A stretch of 63,113 bases of DNA, the filler included, from Conidiobolus incongruus B7586 (taxonomy: Eukaryota), in NCBI GenBank assembly GCA_000697335.1. It is 16 parts of 16 records of this genome, joined end to end, with 100 filler letters (N's around TTAATTAATTAA, not from the genome) between each part and the next. Parts side by side here need not be neighbours in the genome. Positions count along the whole stretch, not along the records: positions 36,020 to 51,819 come from JNEM01007244.1; 15 more parts are not named here. One strand, given 5' to 3'. The notes under the pieces were generated by a model. That model made no database searches and was not told the DNA's origin. It was given only the letters and a program-made list of their open reading frames with translations. The translations under genes and the position numbers were made by a program. Of this stretch, positions 38,792-51,819 are shown piece by piece. Each line of letters opens with the position of its first letter. Position 1 is the first letter of the stretch.

Positions 38792-39273
38792 TGTGATATT
38801 AATAAATTTCATTCACAAAATGAGACTGATGGAAATTCTCAAGTTCCACCTAATCTTAATATCGAGAAATTTATAGTTCAGTTTATGGGTATATGAGAAA
38901 ATTTCAACCAAAAATAGTGTATATTAATAATTAGTAAACATTAATTACAAATATTAATTAGTCGTTAACTATTTTGAATATATAATTAGAAAAATAGTAA
39001 AATTTTACTAAATACATAATTTTATGGCTTAATTTTATATGAATTATAACTAACAAATATCAATATAAAAAGTATAACAACGTGATTAATAAAAATTCAA
39101 GATAATCTTATCTCTATTAACCCATAATTCTAAATTCAATAATTTTTACCATTTCATATCCTGATTTTATTAATGGCATCATTTTGTTATTAGATTCATT
39201 AATTATAATTTTCAATAGTAATTTTTTCAAATTGACTTCAAAAATTCTTAGTTCCTTAATTAGAAGGTTCAAT

Positions 39274-40537
39274 ATGGTTAAAGTAATATATAAAATAAAT
39301 TTTCAGCATTTTTTAAGCTTATATTTAAAAATATATCATTTCTATAGATTGGAACTCATAACGGCACCTTTCACTGGTTCGTAATTTCTTTTTATGGTAT
39401 TGCTTTTTTAACTAATCTTATGATAGTGACGAAGCTTTGGCCGTATACATTTTGAAACAACTTAAAGAATATAAAGATGCTGGTAAATATTATCAAATTT
39501 TTCAAAATTTCATATTTTACTGATATTCAAAAGAATTAATCAGAACAAGAGATCCTCAAGAATTAGAAAAATGTGATGTAGTTGTCGATGTTGGTGGCGT
39601 TTATGACCATAATACTCACAGATATGATCATCATCAGGTTTTATTATCAAATTTTATAAAATTAGTTTATTTTAACCATTATTATAGAGAGAATTCAATG
39701 AAACTTTTAATGATAAATATTCCACTAAATTGAGTAGTGCTGGTTTAATTTACAAGTATGGTAATTTGATGTAATTATTAATTCAAATTCTAATGTCAAA
39801 ATTCTAGGCATTATGGCCCCCAACTTATTGCCAACAAAACTGGATGGGAAATTACTGACCCTAGAGTAGATGTATTATATCACAAAATTTATGAAGATTT
39901 TATTCATGCTTTAGATGCCATTGATAATGGTGTCAATAGATATGAAACTGAATTAAAGCCCAAATACACCGATAATACAAATTTAGCAGCTAGAGTAAGT
40001 TATTTGAATCCTTGGTGGAATCAAACTGGCATCGATCAAATGGAAAGATTTATTAAAGCTTCAAACCTTGCTGGTGGTGAACTTGATGATCGAATTCAAT
40101 ATTTGGCTCATGCTTGGATGCCAGCTCGTGAAATTGTTGAAAATGCTCTCAAAAAGAGAAATGAAATACATCCTTCAGGACAAGTTCTTTATCTTGAGCA
40201 ATATTGCAATTGGAAAGATCATTTACATACTTTAGAACAAGAACTCACCATTGAACCCGAAATTTTGTATGTGATTTATAAAGACGAATCTGGTAAATTC
40301 CGCGTTCAAGCTGTCAGCATTGCCCCCGATTCTTTTGTCTCTAGACTTCCCCTCCCCGAAGAATGGAGAGGTATTAGAGATCAACAACTGTCTGTGCTCT
40401 CTAAGATTCCAGGATGTGTTTTTGTACATGCTAGTGGTTTCATTGGCGGAAATGAAACTTATGAAGGTGCTCTCGAAATGGCATCTCAAGCTATTGCCAC
40501 CACTTATGCCTCTAAAAAACCCAAATTATCTCAATAA
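39274..40537 (+). CDS. MYG1: MYG1 exonuclease (UPF0160), 6 exons
   Basis: Spliced product [18 protein letters not shown]...RTRDP...VVDVGGVYD...RYDHHQR...[13 protein letters not shown]...DAIDNG...[11 protein letters not shown]...[11 protein letters not shown]. Confidence 0.95.
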
Positions 40538-41114
40538 TTAACCTTGGCGAATGAGCATTTCTCATGTTACCATTAAACCTATGATCTGTTTAAGATAAAT
40601 ATTTACTCATCGATATAAATATATATATTATTTAGACATTTGTTAATAACTTCATAAACCCATTAATAACATTTTAAGATATATTTTATTGTAATTTTAT
40701 TTCAGTTCAGTTGACCAATGTATCTTCGATATTTAATTTGAAAATTATCAATTAAATTTATTTTAATTTTTTATTCAAGAATGTAGTATTTAATTGAAAC
40801 TTAGTTTATTTTTTGTCAAAAGTTTTATATTGTCATCTTGATTCAAAAAATTAACAAACGTTTTTATAGTAACATTGTTTTGGCCCTTGAAAATATTGAC
40901 CAATTGTATATCATTCAAAATTAATATCAAATTATTATAGATTTGAAACCATTTAAAAATTCCAATTGCATATGATCGAATTTGAAGAATATATATATTA
41001 TAAAAGTGAGAATAATTTTGTATTTAAAAAAACCTTATTTTGAATGATTGAAAATTTGTTTAAAATTATATATTACAAAAATTTCATTAAATATATAATT
41101 TATTATAAAGCAAA

Positions 41115-42141
41115 TTATGATTGCTTAGAAGCTAAAGCCATAACACTGAAATTAAGCTGAGATGAGTCTCTATTGATAAACTCTTTGATGACTTTAATAC
41201 TGCCTCTTAATAAATCGTCGCATTGACCATGGTTTACAGCCGATCTTTTTCTTCCGTCAAGCTCATATAATTCATTGTATTTTTCAACAAAGCATAGGAA
41301 ATGAAGATCTAATTCAGCATCAGGATCCATACTCTATAAATAATTAAATTAATATTTGAATTAAAAATTAATGAAACAGCCACATACGTCAGTTTGGCCT
41401 TGTTGAGCGATATTTGAATGAATATGAGCTAATTCTGCATCTTTTCCCAGTCTATTGCCCCTTTCTAAGCTATTTAAATCATTGCAATCTTTGATAAAAT
41501 TTTCCAAAATTTCATTTTCTATAATAAAATATTGTTAGTTATGTTATAAAATAATTTAAAATACATAAATTACTTAATTTAAGAGTTTCGATATTATTAA
41601 TTAAACCATGAAGTAAAGCGACTGTACCGCAAGCATTTCCAACCGTCTGTTTCATGAAAAATACTTTGGAATTATTAACCTCTTCTTTTCCTTCCAATTT
41701 TTTATCCTCCTCAAGTTTAAATTTTTCATACTAATAAACTTATTAATATATCTTTTAGATAATTATTAATTTATTAATTACAGTTTCAGAAATTGGAAAT
41801 AAAAATATGACAGCTATTACTGGTTGAGGTATAAAATTTAGTAGGTCTTCTTCTAAACCTTTGAAAATGAATCAGAGTTGATATTCAAAAAACTTGAATT
41901 AAAAGTACCCCAAACGTCAACAAATTCATAGGAATCATTTCCTCCTAATTCTTTATAAAACTATATATTATATTTAATACTTATATATTCTTTTATAGTC
42001 AAATTAGATTACTTGATTAAAAACCTAAAATTAAATGAATCGATTAAATAGTGATTTATTAATAATAAATATTGAATGTACCTCAGGGTTTCCTTCTAAT
42101 GGAGCCCATTTTACTTTTGATTCATAACTATCAGCGGACAT
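41115..42141 (-). CDS. YUH1: Ubiquitin C-terminal hydrolase (peptidase C12, UCHL3/YUH1-like), 7 exons
   Basis: Contains WAPLEGNPE|VFNQ, PVIAVIFLFP, FMKQTVGNACGT (catalytic Cys), DLHFLCFV (His) and LYELDGRK (Asp). Confidence 0.93.
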
Positions 42142-43320
42142 TTTAGATTATTTATAGAAACAGATATTACTGTATAAATATTTTTAATGCATTATCAATA
42201 ATAGTGAATTATCAAAAATTATGGGAAAACTACGTCACAAATGGATTTATTAAATGATAATAATAATTAATTTAAAGATCACTAATAATGAATCGTTTGC
42301 AATTGATTGAGTACAGTGTATTTAAAATAGGTAAGCGTTGATTATAATAATTTCGGAGTAAAAATAATATTAAAATTAAAATTCAAATGACTGTTAAATG
42401 AAAAAATTGGTTAACTTCTTTTTGAATTATTTGATATTAAAAATGATTAAATTATCACTAAATGATTACAAAGATGCTAAAATTGATTAACTAACCTCAA
42501 TTTTGATATAAATCATAATCATTTATATATAACTAGTAATTCAAATCAAACGTTGAATGTGCAAAAAGTTTGGTAACTGTTTAATATCCGAATATTTAAA
42601 CAAAAGATTTAATATTAACATGACTATTTAAATAAATATTGTTAGTGAATTTTTAAAATAAATTTAGTAGAATTTAATATTAGCTGATAGTGATTTGGTT
42701 AAAAAATAAAATCATACATTTAATTCCTATAATTATTAGAGAATATTGAAATATATAACCAAAATATGAAACGTATTATCTATTATTTATATTCTAAGAT
42801 AATCAATATCTATTATTCTATTTTCATGTCAAAATTTTTAAACCAAATAATCCTATATGAATTGAATAATAATATCAATTAGTTCAATAATATTGTTCAA
42901 ATAAAGCTTAAAAGAAAAACACAATCAAATATTGTTTCATAATGATATTTGAAAGGTTTAATATATTAATTGATAAGTCAATAATTTAGGGAAGTAAGGG
43001 GAATTTAGGAAATAAGCAATAGAATATTAAAATCAAGTAATAAATTAAATGATAAGATATAAAAAATTAGATAGAATTAGAATGCTTGGAAGGGGACAAT
43101 ATTCATAATTTATAGATATCATTTTTTTGTTTTTTTTTTCAAATTTAAATGGGAGTGATAAAAATAAGAAAAACAATTAGTAGAATAATGGTCCATTTAA
43201 ACAGTATCAAAGATGTTCCGATTGAGCTGAAATGAATTAATTGGATTAATTAGCCATAGAAATGAAAGATCCGCAATAAGGCTTAAAAATATTACGAGAC
43301 TGGCAAACAATTTCAGTAAA

Positions 43321-44244
43321 TTAGTGAATAGGGTTCAATGTCCTGATTTTAGCAGGAGAAATCCTTTCGCTTTTAGTACGTAACAGTCTTAACCTACTGC
43401 TGCCAAGCTTAAGCAATGATGGTTGGTGTATAGAAGGATAGTCATTGGAGGGGTGGAGGGTTTGGTGTTGTGATTTGGTAGGTAGTAAGGCTTGTTGACA
43501 GGAGCTGGCATGAGCCTCAATGGATTGAAGGCGAGTGAAGAGATCTTGATTGAAATTATTGAGAATATTGCTATCTAATACTCCTAAGGAGGCTCTGACT
43601 TGTTGGTCCTGGACTCCAGATTCATATTTAGATTTGAAATATTCAACATCAGCCTTCAAATTGACATTTTCTTCTCTCAATTGCAAGACTTCCGTAAAAA
43701 TAAGTTGAGCAGAGTTGACTTGATTTTCTAATTGCGAACAACGTTGCATACTTTGTAAGAGATGTTGTTCTCTTTGAGCAAGTGTACAAGTGAGAGCTCT
43801 TTCGTTTTCAGTAGCATTAGTGGAAACTTGTTCTAAATCACGAACATACATACTGAGGGACTCCTTTTCTTTGCTGAGTTTTTGGTTAGCTTCTTGCAAT
43901 TGAGTTACTTCTTGATTGAAGCGATTGCTATCCTGGACATATTTAGCCTTAAGTTCTTGAAATTGGGATTGAACAAGCTCAAATTTGCGCAAAAGTTCAT
44001 TATATTGAGAGGTAGTAGCATTGAGCTCCTGCTCCAACTCTTGTTCATAAATTCTAGCTTGTTCATTAGATTGCTCATATTCTTGTTGTAATTCAATTTG
44101 GGCAGCAAGGCGGGAGCGTGCCTCTTGCTTCCAATATTCGCATTCTTCTTGAATAGAAGAGAAACTAGGGTTCAAAAATTAGTGAAAGAAGGAGTATGTA
44201 ATATGCCAATATTACCTGCGAGGACATTCGGTTGCTTGTATCAT
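43321..44244 (-). CDS. nudE: NudE/NDE1-like coiled-coil dynein regulator, 2 exons
   Basis: Likely start ATG at 44244 (MIQATECPRS) with intron 44165-44215. FSSIQEECEYWK...ARIYEQELEQEL and YVRDLEQ...ENERA match the NudE coiled coil. Confidence 0.8.
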
Positions 44245-44968
44245 ATCAAATTAAACAAATAAATTTACTCCAAAGATCTAAATTGGAAATTACAGTTCTA
44301 ATATATAATAACACAATCAACTTAATTTAGTAATTAATTATGGGAGGTTTGAAATCAATTTTAATCCAGCTCTAAATTAAGAAGGTGATAATGAGGATAT
44401 AAATATATATATGAATGAAATTTAAATGGATTGGAGTAAACACAGTAGTCTATTTATACTAAGAAAACTCAGATGATAAATATCCATTAACTTGTAAGAG
44501 CAAGAGTTGATAGCAAGGGACTAATATTCTGTTGTTTCATGAAACTCAAATATAATGGCTTTTAATACTATTAGGTCTTCTCAAACAACTTGAACTTAGG
44601 AGATCATAATGTATCAAATAATTAACCAATCACATTTAAGTAACCCGAAGGTACGATTTTCCAAAACGATTGTCACACCCCCTTTGTTTCTTTAGGTTAA
44701 TGTTTGATTGCTCATAATAATAATATATCATAGATATTTTTAATTTGAAGTCATTATGACTGCATTCAAATCAATTAAATTTAATTATTATCAATTCAAT
44801 TTAACCATATTAAAAATCCAGTTTGCATATTAGTCCTATAAAAGAGATGACCATTAATTTTAATAGGTTCAAATAATCGCCCGAATTTCCCACAAATTAT
44901 AAAATAAAATTGTTTCAAGTCAATGATGTCCCCAAATAAGCTCTTTATATTATATATTAAAAGTTAAA

Positions 44969-45514
44969 ATGAAATCGAATTTATACAGACATCTCAAACT
45001 GTCTAATGTTAGAGGATTTCATGCCTCTGCTGCCTCCTTCATTAAGGTAGGTGATCAACTTCCTTCCGTTGATTTACATCACAATTCCCCAGCCACTCCC
45101 ATTAATGCTTTGGAGCATTTTAAAAAATTCAAGAAAGCCATTCTCATTGGAATCCCAGGAGCATTTACTCCAGTCTGCTCTTCCAGACATTTACCAAGTT
45201 ATATCGCACAATATGAAACTCTCAAATCTAAAGGGGTTGAAGAAATTGCCTGTGTATCTGTTAACGACGCTTTTGTCCTAAAAGCTTTTCAAGATCATCT
45301 TGGCGCTGAAAACAAAGTTACCTTATTAGCTGATCCCACTGCTGAATTTATCAAAAAATTAAACTTGGATTTTGAAGTTGCCGCTCTTGGGGGTGTTCGT
45401 TCTAAGCGTTTTGCCATGGTTTTAGAAAATGGAAAAGTTAAAGCTCTTGAAGTTGAACCTGATAACACTAGCTTGACTATCACTGACTCCAAGAGCATTG
45501 AAAAATATCTTTAA
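44969..45514 (+). CDS. Peroxiredoxin-5 family (Prx5/Ahp1/PMP20) with a mitochondrial presequence
   Basis: Contains IKVGDQLP, GIPGAFTPVCSSRHLP, CVSVNDAFV and RSKRFAMV. Arg/Ser-rich N-terminus ending VRGFHASA. Confidence 0.95.
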   Translation: MKSNLYRHLKLSNVRGFHASAASFIKVGDQLPSVDLHHNSPATPINALEHFKKFKKAILIGIPGAFTPVCSSRHLPSYIAQYETLKSKGVEEIACVSVNDAFVLKAFQDHLGAENKVTLLADPTAEFIKKLNLDFEVAALGGVRSKRFAMVLENGKVKALEVEPDNTSLTITDSKSIEKYL

Positions 45515-46390
45515 ATGGTTTATATCACATAATATTTAATCCACTTTGACTGTTTTCTTATTTATATATAAGTGTTATATAGTTTTCAGTATTTCATTTT
45601 TTAATCAGTTGTCAATATAGGATTTTTATCTATAATTTTGCAAAACTTTGAGTTTATTTTAATTTCCATATAATCCTTTATCAAAAATATATTTTATACT
45701 ATATTCTTTATTTTATAAATTAAAATAATAACTTGATTAATTTAATTATTTACAACAAACTGAGCCATACAGTTCTGAAACGATATTAACTAATAAACTT
45801 TAAAATTTTACCATTTCAATAATTATAAATCAAACAAATAATTGAAATTTTGATAATGAACTATATTTAATCCAATACAGAATCACAAAAATGAAGTATA
45901 TAGATCATATATTTTGAAATATAGTTAAATATATTCTCAAATTGATTATATTATCAATAATTCAATTGAGATTATTATAATAAATTTTATCCAATTCTTT
46001 GATTGAAAAAGCTTATATCCAAATGATCTGGTATTTAAATACAAATATCATACACAATATTATTGATTAAATATTTCATCAAAAGATGTAGCAATAATAA
46101 TTTAAGTATTCAATATTTACTTTATTAGTTAATATTGAGATATTTATATATTGAAATGGGACTAGTATATTAAAGAAAATTTATTAATAAAAAAATCAAA
46201 TTAAATTTGAAACATTATTAATTCCAACTCTTTCTGCCTGCCTTAGCTGTTTGAATTTTCAAAGAGTTTCACATTTCCAACTCAGCCACTTGCTATTATA
46301 TTCGAAGTATTACTTTTTGTAATGCCAATTTTGTGTTTCTTTTTCTCAAAGCTTATTCTGGTACTAAGCTTTGTTTTTATATAGTTTAAT

Positions 46391-49300
46391 ATGAAAAAGT
46401 GGTCACAGAGCATATTTATAGTGACTTTAATCCAAGTGCTGAGCATTGGAGCCAATACCCAGTCTCAGCTCAGTACGGTTACAGAATCTAGTAATACGCT
46501 TAATTTTATAGACAATTGCAAAGTTTGCGTTCATACCATTGCTCTGAACCAACCAAGAGTATTAGCATCACGTTCGCAAACTTCCTCATTCATTAGACAG
46601 AATTATGAATCAGATAAAAATAATATTTTACAGGTTATAAATTCAATGAGGCCAGAGTCGAAAAAACAAGTGATTGATTTGATTAATTTGTTCGTGTATC
46701 GACATTTTGCTAACCAAGACGGTACATACAGTCCGGATATGTCCAGTGTCATTGGCCAGCTGTTTGACTTTTTAAACTCCAGGGACTGTGACGCAAATCT
46801 TTCATCAACTTCCAGTCAAATCCAAGCCTATCTCACCCAATTAGAATCACTTGCAAAAGACAAGCTGAATTTTCCATCAATCATTCAATTGACTCTGACT
46901 GGTAACCAGCAAACCGACGAGCAGAATGTTTTATTTGCTATCCAGTCGGTTGATCAAGAGAATCTGAATTTAGTGGTTGATTTTATCACTCGGTTCTTAA
47001 ACCAGTATTTCTTGAATAGAGATGGCACAATAGACTCTGTGCTTTATACGCCATACAATGAAGCAATTAGTTTGCTTCAAGCTCCAGATATAAATCTCAA
47101 AGATCCCACTATTGTTACGCGTTATAAGACTCTCTTCAACGAACTAAATCGGCTGTCATCACCTGATCCCAATAAACCGTCAGCTTATTTCCAGCCCGGC
47201 ATAACTGGTAAGAGAGATGATGATGAAAAGAGTTTAATAGATGCATTGGCATTTGTATCCAATCGAAACCTTGGGGACTATATTGCAGCTGTAGAAAACT
47301 ACTTCAAAAAGTACTATTCCTCTCCTGATGGATCATATAATGCCAAATTAATTCCCATCATCAATAAGATTAAAGGAATGCTCAAAGAAATGCTATCGAA
47401 TCCACAGAAAAAGCCAACTCCTCAGCAGCTTCGAGATTTGCTAGAGCAGTTAGATTCTGAGCATAAACAATCCAATTTATCAGCTTATACAAAACCTGAT
47501 TGGACTGGACAGCGCCACATTGACCTCCGAACTTTGCTCAGTTCGCTTAAAGTGGCTTCGAAGGATGTAAGCCACCAGGTAGCGGAATCTGTCACCGAGT
47601 TTATCAACAAATATTATCTCAATCAGCACGGTACTTTGGATTCATCGTTGCAAGAGATAGTCGATCAGCTTACCCAATTTGTGAAATCTTCAACTTTCAA
47701 TGCAGAGGATCATGTTGCACAATCTCTAATATCTAACTGGCTAAACAATCTTGAAATTAGCTATGTCAAGGCTCAGGACCCCAAAGCTGTTGCAGGATAC
47801 TATAAAGCACCAGCCATTACAGATAACAAAGAGGAAGATAAGCAAAAGCTATTGGAATCAATCAGCAGCATTAATCCTTACAACAAACAAGATGCAAACG
47901 ATGGTATCTTAAATTTTGTGCACCATTATTACGCCAGTAAAGAAGGAACGTTCAGCGGAAGTATGGTTAGGATTATTAATAGCATGCTCTCCTTGATTCA
48001 ATCCAATAGCTTTGATCCCTCAGATCCCAATAATAAAGAGAAAATGCGGGGTTGGTTGCTGCAGTTAGATAATGCGAAAATGGAGGCTGAAAAGCAGCCC
48101 AGTCAGTTACCTCCTTATAGTGAGCCTACCCTTACCGGAGATAAAGCCTTGGATCAATCCAAAATCATCCAATCCATTGATGGAGTGAACAAGGAGAACC
48201 AAATGGAATTTGTTGCATTTATTATTAAATACCTTAAAGACTATTTGGGATCCAAGGATATGACGTTCGATTCACAGGCTCATAGTATCATGCTTCAAAT
48301 GATCGATTATGTGAGATCTCCAGATTTCGACCCCAAGCACCAGCTGACAAAGGACCAGATCCAGTTTTTCTTTGATCAGTTAAATCGTATAAATGAAAAA
48401 TACACAAATCCGAACGCGAATAGTAATGGATTCCCAGAGCTGAAATGGAAATATGACAAACAAGCAGATCTGCAAATGCTACTAGATGCTTTGAAATCTG
48501 TCACAGAAAGCAACAAACCCCAGGCAGTTAATGCAGCAATCCAATATATTGTCACTAACTACGCTCGAGAAGATGGCACCTTTGATCGAGAGGTACAAGG
48601 TTTCATCTCATCAATTATTAATGCTATCAAAAACCCCAAATTCAAAGGCACTGATGAACATGCCATCAACAACATCAAGTACTATTTTGACCAACTCGAA
48701 TACAACTTCAGTATAAATAGCTATAATACAAAATTCAAATTCATTCCTCCAACTTTTTCCGGGAACTACCAATCAGATTTACATGCCCTTTTGCAAAGTT
48801 TAAAGAATATTAGAGATCAAGATAAACAGGAAGCGATTGATGCTGCGTGGCAGTTTATTCTGCAGCACTATGGATATGCTGGAGGCCAATTGGACCATTC
48901 AATGGTCCCTATTGCTCAACAAATCTTAAAAGTTATCCAGTCTTCCAATTTCAAGGCATCGGATACCGATAAATTGGTACCATTGCTCGATCAGCTGCAT
49001 CAAATCAAGCAGAAAATTCAGGAGATGAGTTCCTCTTCAGCTCCGTATGTTGCTCCAGATATATCCCAGGACAAGACTGCAGACACAGAAAATTTAATCA
49101 ATACATTGGGCACAATTAACAACTACAATCGTATGGATGCATATAATACATTTTATCGCTTTTTGATCTACTACTATGGGAATCCAGATGGAACTTTTCC
49201 CAACGCACTTAACCATTTAGCACAGCAGTTGTTGAATATCATTAAATCGCCAGAAATTGATCCCAATGACCCCAAGAATCGCGAGAAAATCCGTGAACTG

Positions 49301-51819
49301 CTCTCTCTCTTAGATAAGGCCAAAAAAGCGACTCAAGGAAGTCAAAGGCCGTTAGTGTATGATGCTCCCACTTTCACCGGCGATAAGCAAACTGACTTGC
49401 TGAAATTGTTAAATTCGTTAAAGAATGCGAACGATGCAAATAAGCCTTTAGTAGTGGGTACTATTGAACAATTCCTAGAAAAGAACTACGCGGGTCCTGA
49501 TGGTTTTATTCCTCTTGAAGTGGCTTCTTATGCAAGTGAATTTATTGGTTATGTACAATCTCCAGATTTTGATCCCTTATCGAACTATCAAAAAGACCTC
49601 AGAGCCATAGCCTTGAAAATGGATGAAGCATTCCAAGGATCTCAGAAACAAGCCACCGAAGGAGGATATCAGCCACCCCAATTAACGGAAAATAAGAATG
49701 AAGACCAAAAGAGGTTTATAGATTCACTTGAAACAGTCACGCCCTCAACCAAGGGCAATTGTTTGACATATTTGGATCAATTCCTATTGAAATATTACTC
49801 CAAGGATGATAAAACATATGATCCAGTGATATTGTCACAAATTGCACAATTGAAAAACATGGTGAGTTCCAGTACATTCGATCCAAAGGATAAGTTGTCA
49901 GTGATCAAAATCAGACGGATTTTCAATCAAATGGATGACATCATATACAAACTCAACAATCCAAAATCAAACACTTTCCCCGCTCCTAAGCTAACCGGAA
50001 ATAGAGAGAAAGACCAAGCTGCAGCTATCAATTCAATCAAATCCATTACTAAAGATAATCAGCAAGCAGCTGAGATTTTCTTTAACAATTTATTAAAGCA
50101 GTATTATGGTCGATCTAATGGGGGATACGACATCAATATCTATTCCATAGTTGACAGTATACTTTCTCTTATCAAATCACCCAATTTGAATCCCAAAGAT
50201 CCTCACACACAGGAGAACTTGTCAAAGCTATTCAAAACACTTGAAGATGCGGAAGCTTTGAATAACAATATTCGCACAACACCAATATATATTCCACCTT
50301 ACAGCACTGGAGACAAAAAAGTTGATCAACAAAGCTTCCTTTATTCCCTCAAAGAATTGAATCCATACACCAAACCTGGGGCTATCGAATATGCGAGAAC
50401 TCTGCTACAATCACATTACGGGAATGCAGATGGTAGTATGGATCACAATTTGGTTGAGCATATGAATGAATTCCTTGAGCGTCTCAGAAAGAAAGACTTT
50501 GAAAAGGCCGACGATATTGATGTACAGGATTTAGCCGATATGTTAAACGAAATGGATGAAATTCAAGCCAAGTTGCTGGTTGAAGGTGAAGACCAGTTCA
50601 AATCACCAAAAATTACAGGAAACAAGCAACGCGATATTTTCCATTTTCTTCGCCTGGTTCAATATATTAATAAGGGGAATCTGGAGAGTGCTTCACGTTA
50701 TTTATCAGAATTACTCTCACACTATTACGGCAATAAGGATGGTAGCTTTGATTACAGAATATCTCTTCCCGTTATCCATATCAAACAGTTCTTGAAGTCT
50801 AAAGAGTTTGATCCTAGTAATCCTCTGAGCACATCGCGTTTGCGACAGATGCTTGACGAATTAAGCCAAAAGTCCAAGGAAATACAAGAAACCAGTAATC
50901 TCTCTCCACCATACCATTCACCTTTGCTTACAGGAAATTTCATAACTGATAAGACCAACCTAATGAATTCTTTATCATCTGTAAACCGAGGAAATCGTCA
51001 GGATGCCATCAGTTTCATCACAACATTCTTGACTTCACGCTATGGTAAACAGGAGGGAGGCTTCGATTTAGAATTTGCACCCACAGTAGTTAAAATCAAT
51101 CAATTGATTCAGCCGTCTACCTTCGATCTGACGGATGCTGCGAACCAAAAGCAATTGGACGAGCTGTTCATTGAAATGGAGAAAGCACTGGAAACAAAAA
51201 AAGCTGCAAAGATTGCTGAACACTACATCACTCCTTCTCTGACAGGAGATCGTACCAGCAATCGACACAAAATCATCCAATCTCTTGCGAATGTCACCGA
51301 TGCAAATCGACAGGAAGCAATCAAATTTATTATGAATTACCTTCCACAGGCGTATGGCCGAAAAGATGGCAACTATGATCGTGCTATTTTCCCTCTTATT
51401 CACGAATTCATCAATTTTGTTACCAAAAGCAGCTTCGACTTCCAAAACCAGGAAAACATTAATCAGATCGATTTTATGCTCATCCAGCTTGACAAAAAGT
51501 ACGAACAGTTACATAAGAATGACAATGCGAAGCCATATATTATACCTACCCTTACCAACGATAAGGCAGTTGATCAGAAAAACCTTCTTGACTCTTTCAC
51601 TGACACAGTCCAAACTCATCAAAATAAGGAGCAAATGAAGGAAGCTGTGATGCAGTTTGTAAACAAATACTATGGCCAATCTGGAGGGAGTTTTCATTTT
51701 ATGCTTCTCCCTATTCAACAGAGGCTCATCAGTATGATGGATGAAGATGACTATGACTTTACAACAAACGAAGGTTTAATGAAGTTGCGAGACTATCTGA
51801 ATCAGCTAAGTGTCGTAAA
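46391..51819 (+). CDS. Giant secreted tandem-repeat protein (>1800 aa, 17 x ~103-aa repeats), 3' end lost in gap
   Basis: Intronless 5.4-kb ORF with a signal-peptide-like N-terminus and a recurring PxLTG[DN]KxxD...YYGxxDGTFD...SPxFDPxD pattern. The ORF runs into Ns, so the stop in the track comes from the linker. Confidence 0.9.
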
